This document shows, piece by piece, positions 63,253 to 64,000 of a stretch of DNA of 64,000 nucleotides. Source of the stretch: Octopus bimaculoides (lineage: Eukaryota); contig NC_068998.1 in assembly GCF_001194135.2 (NCBI RefSeq), positions 34,183,741 to 34,247,740 on the forward strand. Reading direction: 5' to 3'. The notes below the pieces were generated by a model, which saw only the letters and a program-made list of their open reading frames with translations, made no database searches and had not been told where the DNA came from. The position numbers and the translations under genes are program-made. The number at the start of each line of letters is the position of its first letter. Position 1 is the first letter of the stretch.

Positions 63253-63900
63253 CATACAGAAACTGTATGTCTGCATTTTGATTTAAAAAGAGTTATGTTT
63301 GATGTAACAGAACAGAGACTAGCAAACCAGGCTAATTCTATTAGAAATAAGTGGATGACAGAATTGGAAGTAGATGATAATGCAAGACAACTAAAAAAGA
63401 AGAACCAAGAAGTAGAACATCCAAACAACATGAACCAGCATATAGCAAAGCACATAAATGATATAGTTCAAGTCAAGGAAGAACCTACAAGAAAAATAAT
63501 AGCACTACCATTCAGGGAAGGAAAACTGACACTATAAATTTAAGTGAGGAAGATCAAAAAAATTTTATAAAGGTGTTAAAGGAAATAATGAGTAAAGAAG
63601 AAAGTAAAAGGTTACCAACATTAAAAAGGGTTAATAGAAAGAAGTTGCAAAATATTTCTTGGAAAGTATCAGTAGAGTAGATACTAAAAATATAGGTGAC
63701 ACCAATTTATTGAAAATGCAGGAGGGGGAGTAGTTATTAGCAGACTAGGTGTTCCTCAAGGAAAGAATAGGAAGTAGCAGATATGTAAGAGATTAGAAAA
63801 TAAAATGAAGATTTTAAGACAAGAACTGAGTAGAATAGAAACTTAGAAACAAGCGAAATTGGGAAACACAAAATTTAAATCTGTTCTTGAGAAAAAACAC
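63253..63900 (+). pseudogene. Decayed N-terminal ORF region of an R4/Dong-like LINE
   Basis: YRNCMSAF*..MFDVTEQRLANQANSIRNKWMTELE, RLPTLKRVNRKKL, TKNIGDTNLL, SRLGV, KRLENKMKILRQELSRIE resemble R4-clade N-terminal motifs as I recall them; stops and frameshifts. Confidence 0.6.
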
Positions 63901-63905
63901 TGCCC

Positions 63906-63962
<57 letters not shown>

Positions 63963-64000
63963 TCAATCTTCACATGCATGCAAATATGTGCATGCACACT

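Overview
AT-rich eukaryotic DNA, dense in microsatellites, with six assembly gaps (5854-6327, 12171-12942, 16673-16834, 31793-32205, 55350-55410, 61757-61934). The repeat families look like those I recall from Octopus genomes; the taxon is an inference, not something the sequence proves. I could not support any intact host gene, tRNA, rRNA or CRISPR array, so the window reads as intronic or intergenic. The identifiable parts are transposon relics: at least five coding fragments and about ten 3'-tail fragments of an RTE-type LINE whose RT carries an embedded PHD-like finger; a 3'-truncated Ty3/Gypsy element with one LTR and a polyQ-rich gag; two Helitron relics; three Tc1/mariner transposase pseudogenes; mariner- and piggyBac-type MITEs; an I-group LINE relic; three tRNA-derived SINE families plus one unclassified short repeat; and RLE-type (R4/Dong-like) LINE fragments that abut (TACA)n or (TAA)n microsatellites. 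The most notable signal is a pair of sequence-unrelated motifs (55455-55487 on +, 61986-62024 on -). Both fold into the same minimal type-I hammerhead-like structure with a non-canonical core. One sits in a 162-bp direct-repeat unit beside a gap, resembling a tandem non-LTR retrozyme or Penelope-like terminal repeat. Most ORFs in the supplied track are microsatellite, gap or wrong-frame artefacts. Many boundaries of decayed elements are approximate.
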